Source: Antedon mediterranea (lineage: Eukaryota > Animalia > Echinodermata). From it: DNA of 64,000 nucleotides. The translations under genes were made by a program, and so were the position numbers. Shown in pieces: positions 41,401-54,467 of the stretch (positions are counted from its first letter, which is position 1; every line of letters starts with the position of its first letter). The notes under the pieces were generated by a model that saw nothing but the letters and a program-made list of their open reading frames with translations, was not told the DNA's origin and did not search any database. Location: assembly GCF_964355755.1 (NCBI RefSeq), contig NC_092674.1, positions 25,172,001 to 25,236,000 on the forward strand. Direction: 5' to 3'.

Positions 41401-44017
41401 TTATTGATTTTAAAAATCTACGCTTAGTCTCCTACAACCTATCTCCACACATATTAACTTATAAGAGAAGGCTCTAGTAGGAAATTAGGGTTCCACCCCT
41501 GGGGCACAATAAAAAAAAATAAATACAAATAAATGTCTTACCAGATCAGGTTGATAACATTTACAAAGCGTGTCCTATGGGTTACGTTTGACCTATTTAG
41601 TCGAGATGTTTGATTTAACATAGACTTGCCCCAAGTCTGTATTTATCTTTTTTTAAATTTTTTTAATTTTATTTCGACCGCGATTTTTGTCTATCAAAAC
41701 TCAAGTAATACACGTATGAAACGCCATATGCTCAAAAATATTTATATGTTTACTAATATTAAGACAAAACTCTTTCTGGAGCCCAGACTAGATTTAACAA
41801 AGTAACTTTTTTTTTGGCATATCTTAGGAAGCAGAGGTCGTAGAAATATAATTATTTACCAAAGTACTCACAATACGTATGTTTGTATATACAATTTAAT
41901 GGCAGTTTCTCGCGCAAAATGATCTTGCTTTCAAATGGGGTACATATTTTAATAACCGATGTACATTGAATTTAACAATTTACTCTCAAATTATACAGAT
42001 ATATACATACAAAGCTTGGCCAAACTGACAGCAAATGGTATTTTTTACACTTGACATAATTGCACGACTAGGCCTATTATATATATTATTATTTTAACCG
42101 TTTAGCTGACCTTCTAATAAGATTCTAAGGGACAACCAAAACAGATACTATAACCAAATAACACAAATTTGACAAATATTTAAAGAAAAGCATATTCAAC
42201 TTCCTCCTAAGTTCATTAAGATGCATTAAAAACCAGTATGCTTAGCAGTCCAAGAGTTGTTCTTGGAGCCATGCTTTTCTTGACTTTGCTAAGGATTTCA
42301 ACTCAATAGATAGAAAACTAATGTTAAATGTTCTATTATACAAATAATGGATGGATAATGGATAAAAGTAATATACACAGGCACTATGGTTAAAAATAAC
42401 GGATGGGTTTCAGAATGTGGAGTACTTCAAGGTTGCCCATTGTCTGCCTTATTATTTACTCTTGTACAGTAGTCGAGGTAATGGCAATAAATATAAGAAT
42501 AATCCATTGTGTAAGGGAATTGAATTATATTATTATGATAATATTGTGAAAATACCTCAGCTCGGTGATGACACAGTGATTTTTACAAGTGAATATAGCT
42601 TAACATTTTTTCCTCTTGAAATTAATGCTTTTTGTAGTATTTCGGTGTTAAAGCTAAATAAAGGAAAATGTTGTAAAGGAATCTTGATTGGATCAATTCA
42701 AAATAACCTAGCAACCCCTCTTGGTATCACCAGGTAAATTTCTAGGAATTAATGTTGGCGATAAAAAACAAAACTGGGAAGATAAAATTGTGGACTTCGA
42801 GCATACTTTAAGGCTATGGGAAACATCTTACCTTCTTAGGAAAAATGATCATAATTAAAAGTCTAGAAATTTTAAAATGAATATACAATGCTAGTATTAT
42901 TGAGATACCAACACATATTTCCAATGGTAGAAAAGTTATTGCACAGATTCCTATGGGCAAATAAAAAAAAAATTAATAAAATAGAAGAAGAGGAAGAGGT
43001 TAATATGATTTTTATGTAGTTGTGAACTCGTTAAAGCTAAACTGGGTTAAGAGATTAATAAGCCCAGATCCAGGCAAGTGGAAATGTATTTCAAAATATT
43101 ACATGTAACCTATAGAAAGTACATTAGTGATAAGTATGCTTAATTTTAAAGAACATAAACAATTACAAATTATGCCTCAATTTTATTTAATTATGATTAA
43201 TGCGATTGTCAAAATATAATATTGAACTGTTAGATCCTCAAGTTACAGCAAATTAAATCTCAAACCCAAACGTATACTGTTAGAGAGAAAATCTTTATAC
43301 TTCAAAGATTGGTTAAAGTCGGGCTATAAAACATTGGTGAGATTTTGGTCAATAACAGATTTTTAAATCTTAGAGATTTGATTCCCACGTTATTTAAAAA
43401 GCGTAATGGGATACTTCAAGCTAATGAATGCTGTTCCCACTGAATGGAAGAGAGTATTGGCACAAACTAGAATAGAAAAAGAACAAGTTATTGTTGAAAT
43501 TAAAAATGCATTATTCCAATCCAATTCAGCAAATTACTGAAAAAATAAAAATGAGAGAGAGAGAGAAAAAGGAAAAAAAGTACTTATTTCCAACAAGCTT
43601 GCGTAACGCATACAATCCTAAATTATGAAACATAGAGGAAACTATAGATTGATAATTATTGGAATGTAAGATAAATATACATTTTTAGCCCTCACCTGGC
43701 CTTTAACAGTTTAAAAATGCCTGCTGTACAGGGCAGGGGTGCATGTAAAGGTCAAGACAACTGGATATGTAGGCCTACATAAAAATTACATTAAAAATAA
43801 AAGTTGACTTCCGCCACAAAAAGAAAACAAAATAAAGTATGAAGGTACATGATAGGTATATCAATGATCAAATAAGACAAACACAATTAAAAAAAATTAT
43901 GATTCTAAACTGTGTAAGCCTTGTAAACATACCTGATGACCCGGATTGAAACGTCAAAGAAGAAAAAGCTAGGTTTATGACCAGGCAGATGCAGTTTGGA
44001 AAACGTTTAGCCAACAT
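23417..44017 (-). CDS. Gene A: Tie-like ectodomain receptor with tandem PTP domains, probable pseudophosphatase, ~1363 aa
   Basis: 26 phase-consistent exons: 43933-44017 signal peptide (MLAKRFPNCICLVINLAFSSL), 40541-40918 Ig1-like, 40062-40316 Ig2 (DDGVYECY...MRLIVR), EGF 39493-39627, 39261-39401, 35982-36113, 35444-35584, FN3 34301-34618, 33881-33948 plus 33516-33756, 32834-33133, TM 32537-32603 (LAWISLLVSFIVVVIILMILKR), juxtamembrane 32150-32441, PTP D1 31799-31876, 31383-31419, 30954-31051, 30517-30639 (CKKYWP), 30028-30191, 29675-29810, 29245-29382, PTP D2 29053-29146, 26084-26148, 25710-25964 (DFWRLIFDY), 25415-25563 (PITVHC), 23583-23718 (RDGVCRSG), 23417-23482 (QYNFCYD...TAA). The exons sum to 4092 nt in one open frame, assuming one GC donor. 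Confidence 0.88.
26681..28288. mobile_element. Non-autonomous hAT element nested in the Penelope-like element
   Basis: TIRs CAGTGGTGGCGCCAG / CTGGCGCCACCCCTG with a perfect 8-bp TSD GTCAGATC (26673-26680, 28289-28296). It has subterminal TAGCCCCC.CGTCGGG repeats and an internal ~320-bp tandem duplication (starts at 26755 and 27078). Confidence 0.92.
28822..28852 (+). ncRNA. Minimal hammerhead ribozyme core (Penelope-associated), possibly degenerate
   Basis: CTGATGA-A-GGGT(tagtgtt)GCCC-GAAA-GCTC gives the conserved core, stem II and a palindromic AGCT stem III. Stem I pairing is not evident. Confidence 0.55.
37972..38073. repeat. (AGG/AGA)n microsatellite
   Basis: GAAGGAGGA-type purine run; explains the poly-Leu and Ser-Phe ORFs. 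Confidence 0.95.
39000..39125 (-). mobile_element. tRNA-derived SINE
   Basis: The minus strand reads GGAGTGGAGTTGTGGCCTGGTGGTTATGCTGCTTGGCTGCCAATCCAAGGGTCCTGGGTTCAAGTCC, followed by a tail shared with the 7705 copy (ACTCCACTCCC.AAGACT). Confidence 0.7.
42270..43480 (+). mobile_element. Decayed L1/Tx1-type LINE reverse transcriptase fragment in gene A intron 1
   Basis: Frameshifted RT motifs: LDFAK, NNGWVS, GVLQGCPL, QLGDDTVIF, LKLNKGKC, KFLGINVG, NWEDKI, LKLNWVKRL. Confidence 0.8.
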
Positions 44018-46793
44018 CTCTACTAAAGTTCTCGCATATTCACTTTATGGTGTTCTCCAGAATTGTGCTTAGTAATTATAATACACTTGGTAATAATGCG
44101 GTCACACGTCTTATACATGAATGCACTACTCAAATGCATAGCTAATAACCTACAATATTAACATGACAAAGTATTCCCTCATGTATTCGTTGTCAACGCA
44201 ATTGATACCTATATTAAACATGGAATGGTTTATTTAGAGTATTACACATTTTTTTCTTTGGTCTTTTATAAAGTTAAATACAATTCCAGCTAATTTAGCC
44301 ATGATTTAAACAACTGTTTAAAGCAGCCTAGCTAACTAGGATTAAAACATGAAGGTAATAGGCCTACAGATGTAAAGAGGAGCTATTGTTGAAGGATGAT
44401 TACTTTTTTAAGCAGCAATTTTCTTAATACAGTATATCTTCTTATTTTGTTCATTAATTCATCAACATTATTTGTAAATACTCTGAAACAAATGGTTTAT
44501 AGCAGTAGCTATGGTATACACATTTGTATCGAAAAGAATATATAAGAAGAAGATATAAACACGTATGTAAACATGCCAATAACAGTGAGTATACATTTAA
44601 GCAAGCATTTAACAATCTTATAATCACACGCAGGCATATAAGGAAATAACATGATTTTAAATAATATAGGCGAGGTATTGTTGCTTCTTTAGTCAATACA
44701 TTCTTTTGTTTGTATTATTTATAGCAAAGTCATTCTATCCAGTCGAGTCAGATTGTTGATGTAGGCTACTGACTATAATTATGTTGATGAAAAGACTACC
44801 ATAACCTGACATCACAAAGCATAACAATTCCAAACATAATATACATTCAGACTAGAATTAAACAGTCCTTTATTCACAATCACGTAAGCCTAATAATATA
44901 AGGAAATAAATTGCCGAATGAAACTTCTTTGTGTTTATAAATAGATCCGTTTTGTGACATTGTGAGTTTTAATGAATTTTGACAAAATAAAGTATTTACC
45001 ACCATGCTCTCACCAAGCCACAAATGTAGGCCCCTGACTGGATACATCAACGGACTATTACTGACGAAAAGATTTTTTTTTAATCAAATAAATATAACAA
45101 ATTAATAGATGTTAACTAACTACAGTATGTAGAAAGAAATATCAACATTCTAAGCAAATTCATAGGCTACAATACAACAGCGCCACCTGTTTTGTACTTT
45201 CGCTGCAATTGAATGTTATGACTGGTTTCGCGATGAAAGCACATTTTTAGAGAGAGAGTTATATATATATACTAATTTGGATCAAAAAGCATTTAAATTA
45301 GCTTTAGATCGTTTGTAGGATTTTGATTAATTAATGAGAACATCTCTACAAGTCGTGGAATTGTTGGAAAAAAACACAATTAAGCTAGATGAGTTCCAGT
45401 TGACTGTCAAAGCTGATAACTACAATGAAACTTTAAATTGTATTAAACTACTGTGGAGTAGCTTTGCGTCAGGAGTTTAGTAATTGGTCAGATGTTTTAT
45501 ACTAACTACATTTGAGAATGCTTGCGAAAAAAATCGCAAATAATTCTCGGGTGGGACCCGAACCCACGACCTCCAGATCACTAGCCTGGCGTTGATACAG
45601 ACCACCAAGCTTGCGTTGGTGGCTAGTGGTTAGATTCGAGCCCAAGTAAGCAGCGGGTACTTCACCAACAGGGTTGTAATTTATTAAACTACTGACCACC
45701 AATTACAATGAAACTGAAAACGAAGAATGGCATTATATCACACGGACATGACTTGACTGACTGCTACTGATAATGATAAGATGGTACGCTCGCTTCGCTC
45801 GTGTACCATCTAGGTCGTGCCCACAGATGGACGTTCTCGAATACACAGTTATTTAAGCGTAAAAAACTGACGATTTCAAATGTACGTACCGCAGGACTAT
45901 AATACATTGTCGTTTACAGAAACGAATAAATAGACACCATGATTTATGTAGTCAACTAAAATGAGCACCCTGGGAAAGTTGTCACAACATGAGTTCCAGT
46001 TTGTGTTTTGTATGTAACATTAAGGTTGACGAAAGGTGCAAAGAGAAACAATTTTCAAATATATTATTTATCCAATCAGCAACGAAATATTGTTTTCATG
46101 TTTTATAGGCCTATAAATAATATACCACTAAATACAGTAAAACGTTTGTGATTTAATACTTTGTTATAACTGTCACTGTCATAGTCGATTGAAATATTAA
46201 AGTACATGTGACGATACAGCACTACGAAGTTTTTATTTTTTGTAATTATTAATTGATAAAAACGGTGAAAAGCAACTGTCAGTAATATAGTTTATTTTGT
46301 ATATATGTTTATATTATATCTAACAGTACCAACACTTACAGTAAAAAAATTTGCGATTAAATTGGTGACCAAAATAGTTAATAGATATTTACAGTATCGT
46401 ATATACTATATCTTAGTTATCTTTATTTTCTAAGGGCACATAAATTGACATACTTGTGTTAAACCATGGAGGTATACCTTCATGGTTTAACCAAATCCTC
46501 GTATTATTGTATGTGGGTATTTTTCAAGATGGACATCCATTAGACAGTGTATACCATGATCGGAATACACCCCTATTTGGTGCAAATCGTTGAACCTAAA
46601 TTCGTTTTAATTGTCCTCTAGTAACCTCTAGTAATGAAATAATTATAATTTGTTTTATACGGAAGTGAACAGCTTGGTTAAAACTATTAAAAAGGCTTAT
46701 TATAATATTTTCTTAATCTTAATTTATACAAAAATCTTTAAATAATTCAATTTTATTTATCAATAACATAACGGCTTGACGTAAATTCATAAC

Positions 46794-49700
46794 TTAATAT
46801 ATAGGCTTTTGCAAGGTTAGTAGTTCAGTAGTGGCAACGGGCTTAATATTGTTATATTCAATTTGATTGTCCAATTCAGTATCGTCATAGACCAGATCCG
46901 GTTTAGGCTTTGGTACAGTGTTTTCCAGTTCAGTAGGAGAAGTGGGAACGGGCTTAATGTTGTTATATTCAATTTGATTGTCCAATTCGGTGTCGTCATA
47001 GATAAGATCTGTTTCAGGCTTTGGTTCAGTGTTTTCGAGTTCAGTAGGAGAAGTGGCAACAGGTTTAGTATTGTTATATTCAGCTTGATTGTCCAATTCG
47101 GTGTCATCATAGACAAGATCCGATTCAGGCTTTGTTACAGTGTTTTCGAGTTCAGTAGGAGAAGTGGCAACATGCTTAATGTTGTTATATTCAATTTGAT
47201 TGTCCAATTCGGTATCGTCATAGACCAGATCCGGTTTAGGCTTTGGTACAGTGTTTTCCAGTTCAGTAGGAGAAGTGGCAACGGGCTTAAAATTGTTATA
47301 TTCAATTTGATTGTCCAATTCGGTATCGTCATAGACCAGATCCGGTTTAGGCTTTGGTACAGTGTTTTCCAGTTTAGTAGGAGAAGTGGCAGCGGGCTTA
47401 AAATTGTTATATTCAATTTGATTGTCCAATTCGGTGTCGTCATACACAAGATCCGGTTTAGGCTTTGCTACAGTTTTTTCCAGTTCAGTAGGAGAAGTGC
47501 CAACGGGCTTAAAATTGTTATATTCAATTTGATTGTCCAATTCGGTGTCGTCATACACAAGATCCGGTTTAGGCTTTGGCTCTGTGTATACGGGTTCAGC
47601 AACGGAAGTTGCAACATTTGACTTGCCATTTTTATATTCAATTTGATTTTCTATTTCGGTGACATTACATACAGGACCCCGTTGAGGCCTTGGTTCAGCA
47701 TATACGTGTTCAGTATTGGAATTGGTAACATTAGACTTACTATTTTTATACTCATTTTGATTTTCCAATTCATAGACATGATCAGATTCGGGGGTAGAAT
47801 TAGGAATTCTATATTGATATTTATAGTCTAATTCAGTGATATCATAAACAGTATATGGTCCAGGCTCCGATTTTGTTGGTTTCGCAGAAGAACTGGGTCT
47901 CGTGTGTCCAAATCTAAAGAGAAAGATAGTTACACGATGACTTTTTTTCATAAGCCTATATTTTGAATTCTAGTAACTTTATAGGAGTTATACTGAACTT
48001 TACCGTTTAAATATTGTCAACAATATACCAGCTGTGAAAACTGCAGAGATAAGTGAGCCAATCACAACACGTATTATTACGTAGCCTGCAAAATAATATT
48101 AAACGTAATCACATTTTATATTGGATATTTGTTGATGCTTATGTTGAGAAATTTATCGACGACGTGCACATTTCTTGACGTATGTCAAATAAACAGCTTT
48201 CAGCCATACAAGTCATTTATTTTGGACAAACCTTGTTCAAAACGGCTACATATTAAAGCCACATTTCCTACATTAAAAAAAATATAATTTAAGGTCACAA
48301 ACTAAATTTAATGTAACAATAAATAGCCTACTATATGGTCCTATTGCGATAATTTGTTTCGTCTTTAAAAAGACTTTAGGTTAAAAATGTGAAAAATAAG
48401 TTGATTCTGAAAATGTAAGCGGCCGCCGCCCGCTATAAATCCCAACATGCATTGCGCGCGGATTGATATTTTTGTTTTTCTTTTGTGATTCACCCACTTT
48501 CGATCGATCGTGAAGGACAAAACAAATGAAAGAATCGTAACTTTCGAGCGAAAATACCGGGTTTCCTCCAATTGTATTAACGGATTCTGGAAAAACAGAA
48601 AGATAATTAATGCAGAAAATCATATTAATCAACAGAAATCCGAAAAAGAAATATATGTTACAAACCTTGATTCTTTTGGTATGAGTTTTCTGAAGGTTTA
48701 CAATCGGTGCCAAACATAACTTCCTTTGATTCAGAAGTTCCGTTAACGTTTAAATATGATGCTAATACTGTGAATTTGTACTCTGTGCAAGACTCAATTT
48801 CTTCGCCAAATACAATCTCAGTTTCTGTGGTAGTCCCTTGCTGAAATATTCCATCACCTGACAATTCATAATGGTATGTCACCTTAAAATACGAGATGTC
48901 GCACGTGGAAGCTTTCCATTTCATCAGCAAGTGTGTTCCATTTCCAAACAAATCACTTTTTATTGATGGAGCTTAAAAAAGGAATACAAAATAAAATCAT
49001 TGTCATTAATATTAAAAGACTCAGTTTAGCATAGAACAAGTTCTTCTGGTTTCTGCTACTGTTTTTCAAATGTTATTTTGGTTAGATATAGACAGTAGGC
49101 TATTTTCTGGAGTCATGGCATTATGTTTGTAAAAAAAAACATCAACTACATACATTTACATAAATACATCAAACATATTTTAGAACAAAATGTTCTGTTT
49201 TGTTGTTACCCACTGCAATCTGCGAGTTATTTGTACCCACTTAACCTAATTTAATAATTGAATAACCAAATATGTTTGTTGCTCAGGGAAGAGTGAAATT
49301 CACACTTTTCCCTGGTTTGCCGCAACGCACTTTGCACACCGCTATCGCCTACCTGAAGGCGGTGTTCGTATCGTTAAGTTCTGTCCCCAATTACCAGCAA
49401 TCTCGAAATTATTAACAACTCGAGCGTTGAGGATATAAGCAGTACAGCTTGACAATCCTGATAGTTGAACTTCTAATTGAGTACTGCTTGTTGTATTGAT
49501 TACATCTTGTATATTTCCATCTATGTCCGAGTATAAAACTTGATATCGAAGAATATAGTCGCATCGGATTCGTTTAGGAGCTTTATTTTATTTATGACTA
49601 CAGTACATTTACAGAAAATTTATGACAATTAAAAACAAGTGAATACTATTATAATATACCGTTAAGCCCAAGATGACGTAGTTTTCTCCATTATATTTCA

Positions 49701-52700
49701 ATTCTATCTCAGGTTCTTCCAGAGGTTCTATAATTTCAAATCAAACAGTTGATTAGTATACATATATATATATAATTCAAGCAATTCTGTCTTTTTGATA
49801 TTTTTGTAGTAAGTTGTTCACATTCACTGAGTGTAGGCCTCTACAATGTGATTGTTTAGAAAGTTACCTGAACAGATGGTATTGGTTGTTCCAAGTGTAC
49901 TTCTTGGTCCATCTACCTCAATACCACCAACCATCCTCGAAAATTGAGAGTAGAATGTATATTGCGTATTTGGGATGAGATCATCAATAACAAGAAATAC
50001 ATCTGGTTCAATTACTGATATAAATGAATCCATTTGCGACGATTTATATGCAAGCTTCCGATTTTTAATTGTTCCTGTTCCATAGTCTTCACCGAGAATC
50101 CAAGTGACGTCAAATTTTAGGGTAGTTGCTGTCTGATTTACAACGGTTGGCGGTTCAGAGCGGTATGGTAATGCTAATTATTGTGACAAATATAGCAATT
50201 TAGTAGGCCTATACACTGTATTTATTAACGGTGAAATGAAAGAATTGTTTAACCTACTTACTCCTGATTCAATCCTAAACAACAACCCAGTAAACGGAAT
50301 TAGATGACACTTTGGTGGATTGCGATAGTCCGCAGTAGAATAGTCCGCAGTAGAATTGTTATATAGGCGGTCGTGCTTTAAACCACGATGGATGTAGGAA
50401 ATTGTTGTAAGAAAAATTACATTTTTATATAGGGCCAAAAGGCAGATAAAGAAACACAATTTAGGCATAATTATTGAATGATCAGTGATAGGACATATCC
50501 TCCCTACAATTTGTAGCTTTGGGTGACAAAACATACAGGGAATTTACATTAATTGTGCAGGTTTTTTCTTTACATAACCGAATTTAATTTTGTTTCCACG
50601 ATTTGCCTTTGATAGTCGCCTGAAGCAACATCATCCGGGAACATCGCGTAAATGCGACGAGGACCTTGATGTTTGAATAATTATTGTCCTATCTCTTTTT
50701 GGTTTTTTTCCTTGTTTTATTCCAGAACAAAAGCAAAATCATTCTTTACCTTTTTAGGCTGATTTAAATTATAGTTGTTTTAATTTGATTAAAGTAGGCT
50801 AGAATAAATTAATAGAGATAAGCCTATTGCTAATTTGTAAATGGTTTATTTTGATTCAGTAGTAGTCATTGGGGTATGTCTACTCCAGTTATTTTCTAAA
50901 TAAATTATTTTGGAGTATTAGGGTATATGGTTTTGTTTATAAGTTAAATTAAATTAAATCAAACATATGCTGTTACCTATGCTGCACTTAGGTCCAGCCC
51001 AAGCCTCATGACATCCATTATCGCAACTTCCATCTTGATTACAATCTTCAGAGTCTTTGCAGTGACATGGAAAGTTACACAAAACACCGAAGAATCCAAA
51101 TGGGCAGAATAATGGTTCTATGCGTATCCAAAATAAATGAATAGGCCTAATTAATGTTTGTTAAAGTATAAGTATAAGCTTAATTTGTAATGCAAAGTTT
51201 TTACAGCAATAGCCCTAGAGTTTATACTTTGATCAATTCTAATTTATAGGTCCATGCTTTGATGATCCTAATTAGGATGAACAAAATGTTTTAATTGTAA
51301 GAACTTAGAATGTAACGTTTTATCTTTATTGATCTACTATTCTATCTTTTGCGTGAATTATTATAGTGTGGTTGAGTTCAGAATGATTATATTATTGTTT
51401 GAACTATTTTTATATTAGTGTACTGCAGTACGTCGATGGTTTCGTAAGGTATAAACATTCCTAAAATATGATACATATAAATATCATACCCTGACACGAA
51501 CTGCCAGTGTAGTTTGAGAAGCATGCTGACCCGGAAGTACATCCTTTATGTGGATTACAGTCGATATTGTCACAGTGGCATCTTTGACGACAATCCGCTC
51601 CATAGAAACCAGCTTCGCATACTAAAAATAATTATTTGTTTATCGTGAACATTTCACTCGCCATTATTCCATGTTATTATATATGCATCATTTCATAATC
51701 TTGTGAAAAGAACAGAAGATGCTGAATTGACCTTTTTTTACTCCAGTGAACCTAGGTGACCTTTGGCTCAGATATTTAATTATTGTGATAATCATCCATA
51801 GACGCTGTTTGATTTGGTTTTGTTAAAACCAGATAAAGCATACAGGACTAATATTATAATTGTATTTATGTTGCTATATTCTAACCCTGTGACATTTGGG
51901 GTCAGACCAAGTAATAACTTTATTTTCAATCATTAATAGTTGCTTGTTTTCAAGTTTTATTAGCCTAAAATCATATAAGGCACCTGGAATTACATTATGC
52001 GGCCGACATTTCTTTTTAACTACTCTGACCCTTGTGACCTTTGGGATCATACCAAGTAATAACTTAATTTTGTAGTTAATTATCAATTGTTTGTTTCCAA
52101 GTTTTGTTAGAATCGGACCGAAATCTCTTGTTGACTACTTTGACCCAATGATCTTTTGAGGGTCACCACCATGTATAATCACCTTTGTAGTCTATCCAAT
52201 TGAAGAAGTATAATTTAATATCTAAATATATAAATATTATAAATATGAGATAAGATGGAATAGAAAATAGAAGGAAATTATAATAACATAATGATTAGCT
52301 CATACTAACCTGTATTACAATCGCTTCCTCCAAAACCATCAATACACGTACAGCCAACTGGATCAGGTGGACAGAAAAGCAACCCACCGCAATTCGCACC
52401 ACGTTTACTGCTACACACATTCAGGCAGTCACGCCCCCAGTTGTTATTTCCACACCCTAATTAGAAAATAACGAATCTGAAACTTCATTGAAATTAGCAT
52501 GTTTACAAGCTCTTTAGGCCTACATGTATTTTACATTAGTTATTTCTTACCGCGTTTGCAATCAGCGCCTTTAAATCCTGCTGGGCAAACACAGACACCC
52601 GTCTTATCGTCACAAATTCCACCATTGTAACATACGGGACAGTCCTCTTCACATTCTGGAGGATTCCATTTTGGCAAGGGACAAGCTAGTAAATTGATAG

Positions 52701-54467
52701 TACAATTTAAAATATATAGCATCGTGGTAACATTTGGGTCGGTCGTGGACACTAAACTCTCGGTGGCCACTTTTCTCAGAAGAGTATTCAAAACTACTAC
52801 AATCTAAAAACGCCACTGTGAAAACGTTTCTCCCACAGGCCTACTTTTGCTAATACCTTTTTAAAGGGTTTTGTTTATTAACTATATTACATGTAGCTTG
52901 CACAATATGCGTATTTGCGGGAGACGTTGTTAGTCGCGTGCAGCGCGACTAACTATGTCGGTCGGTTGGTCGGTCGGTCGGTCGGATGGTCGGCAAACAC
53001 TAACTTGAGCACGCGACTGCAGCCATGTATATAGCCTTGTTTATATTTATGATTCTTTTAACATTTTTGCAGTATGTACAACATCACATCACCGCCAACA
53101 ACAACAGCCCAACTTGCATAGACATAATCATTATCAAGATAAATAATAATTTGATAATAAATAGAAATGTAAAACCTACCTCTGACAATAAGTCTCATGA
53201 TACCATGGTTACCATCCGGACTATCACCTGTATAACATTCATATACGCCATCATCTTTTCTTCGTATGTTTTCGATCATAGCAGACGTATTACATCTCAG
53301 AGTGCCAATTTCTTCGCCGTAATTATGTCTCCAACGTAAATTGTTAAGATCACCACCTTTACTGAGATTGATAGTGACAGACTCTCCAATACCAACGGTT
53401 ATCGTTCTATACTCCATAGTAATAGTGGCTGTGAAATTGTGATCATCAACAGTGTCATTTTATAAAGTAATCTCATGGAATAAATAATAATAATTTAAAT
53501 CAACGAAAATAGTAGGCTTGGGTATTAATTATATCTAACCTCGTCCCACGGCGAGTTGGTAATCATGACGGACACCTAAATCATTTTTCCATAAACAAAA
53601 ATGACATTACTTACCAAAAGTGGAAGTCAAGATGATTGCTGAATTTGTGACTACTCCATCTTTTTTTGCTTCTAATGAAAATACACCAACTCTGTGTGTA
53701 GTCTCGTATACAACACCTAGAAACGTGAAATCGTTATGTACTCGAAACAACATCTTGCTTATACTTGAGTCAAATATTTTATCGTCTGGCATATCTATCC
53801 GATGTTCACGGCGAACATCACCGCTGTATGCAGTGTCATTCCAAGTAAGGTTATACCTGCCAGCAATATTCTTGTATAATATTCCAATTGATATATCTGT
53901 TGTACTGTCGTCTTTAAGAGTATATCCGCGAAACCAATTATCAGAAGATGTCGCCAATGGTTTTCCGGTTAAAAATGTTACATCCAATGGACCTTTAAAT
54001 AAATAAATAAACCGATTTAATTATTTGTATCTTTACTTACAATTTGTTTAGTTGTTTGATTACTTGAAAAATAACAGAACAAGTAAAATTAATTACTTAG
54101 TCTGCACATTATTTTTATCTGATGAGCCACTATTGGCGCCAAATCTCAAATCACAACTATTTTTTAACATTTGACATTATTCGCAAGAATTGATTACTAC
54201 TACTGCTACTACTGCTACTGCTGCTACTGCTGCTGCTTCTAATGCTACTGCTGCTACTTCTTCTGCTGCTTCTGCTGCCGCTGCTGCTACTGCTGTTGCC
54301 ACTGCTGCTAGTTGCCACTGCTGCTACTGCTGTTGCCACTACTGCTACCGCTGCTCTACTACCACCACCCTATATGATATTTAGCATATACCTGAAGATT
54401 CTGATGAACAGCTAAAACAAATAATTACTATAATAACCAGATACCAAACATAGTTAACAAACGACAT
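46794..54467 (-). CDS. Gene B: Tie-like ectodomain receptor with tyrosine-rich tandem-repeat tail and no catalytic domain; one FN3 junction is phase-discordant
   Basis: Exons: 54392-54467 signal peptide (MSFVNYVWYLVIIVIICFSC), 53615-53992, 53180-53428 Ig2, EGF 52551-52685, 52310-52456, 51490-51621, 50977-51117, FN3 49868-50173, 49660-49727, 49353-49580, 48666-48971, TM 48004-48085 (YVIIRVVIGSLISAVFTAGILLTIFKR), terminal exon 46794-47913 (ORF 46794..47951). It is an exon-for-exon paralog of gene A up to the juxtamembrane exon. No PTP exons are seen before gene A starts. The frame is open (~1099 aa) if exon 49660-49727 is skipped. Confidence 0.82.
46830..47577 (-). repeat. Coding minisatellite, 111-bp (37-aa) unit, 6 full copies plus 1 partial, with degenerate copies upstream to ~47860
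   Basis: The unit KPKPDLVYDDTELDNQIEYNNFKPVATSPTELENTVP repeats in ORF 46794..47951. The nucleotide period is 111 (ggcttt at 47461 and 47572). Confidence 0.95.
54195..54369. repeat. (CTG/CTA)n degenerate trinucleotide repeat in gene B intron 1
   Basis: Runs of CTACTG/CTGCTG; explains the poly-Ser and poly-Ala ORFs. Confidence 0.92.

Noticed and set aside
23417-44017. Assigning a vertebrate symbol (TEK, TIE1, PTPRA, PTPRK and similar) to gene A
   Set aside because: The architecture is chimeric and lineage-specific, and one-to-one orthology cannot be supported without phylogeny.
45545-45625. tRNA gene on the minus strand
   Set aside because: A T-arm-like GTGGGTTCGGGTCCCAC is present, but there is no intact D-arm or acceptor stem. 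It is more likely a SINE or tRNA relic.
44020-46790. Hidden PTP exons that would extend gene B
   Set aside because: No PTP motifs were found by eye in this interval, and the repeat exon ends in an in-frame TAA.
46817-47831. ORFs 46863..47621 (+), 46817..47116, 47135..47449 and 47643..47831 as separate genes
   Set aside because: They are antisense or alternate-frame shadows of the 111-bp coding repeat.
54157-54384. Poly-Ser and poly-Ala/Cys ORFs
   Set aside because: They come from a trinucleotide repeat in gene B intron 1 with no supporting splice context.
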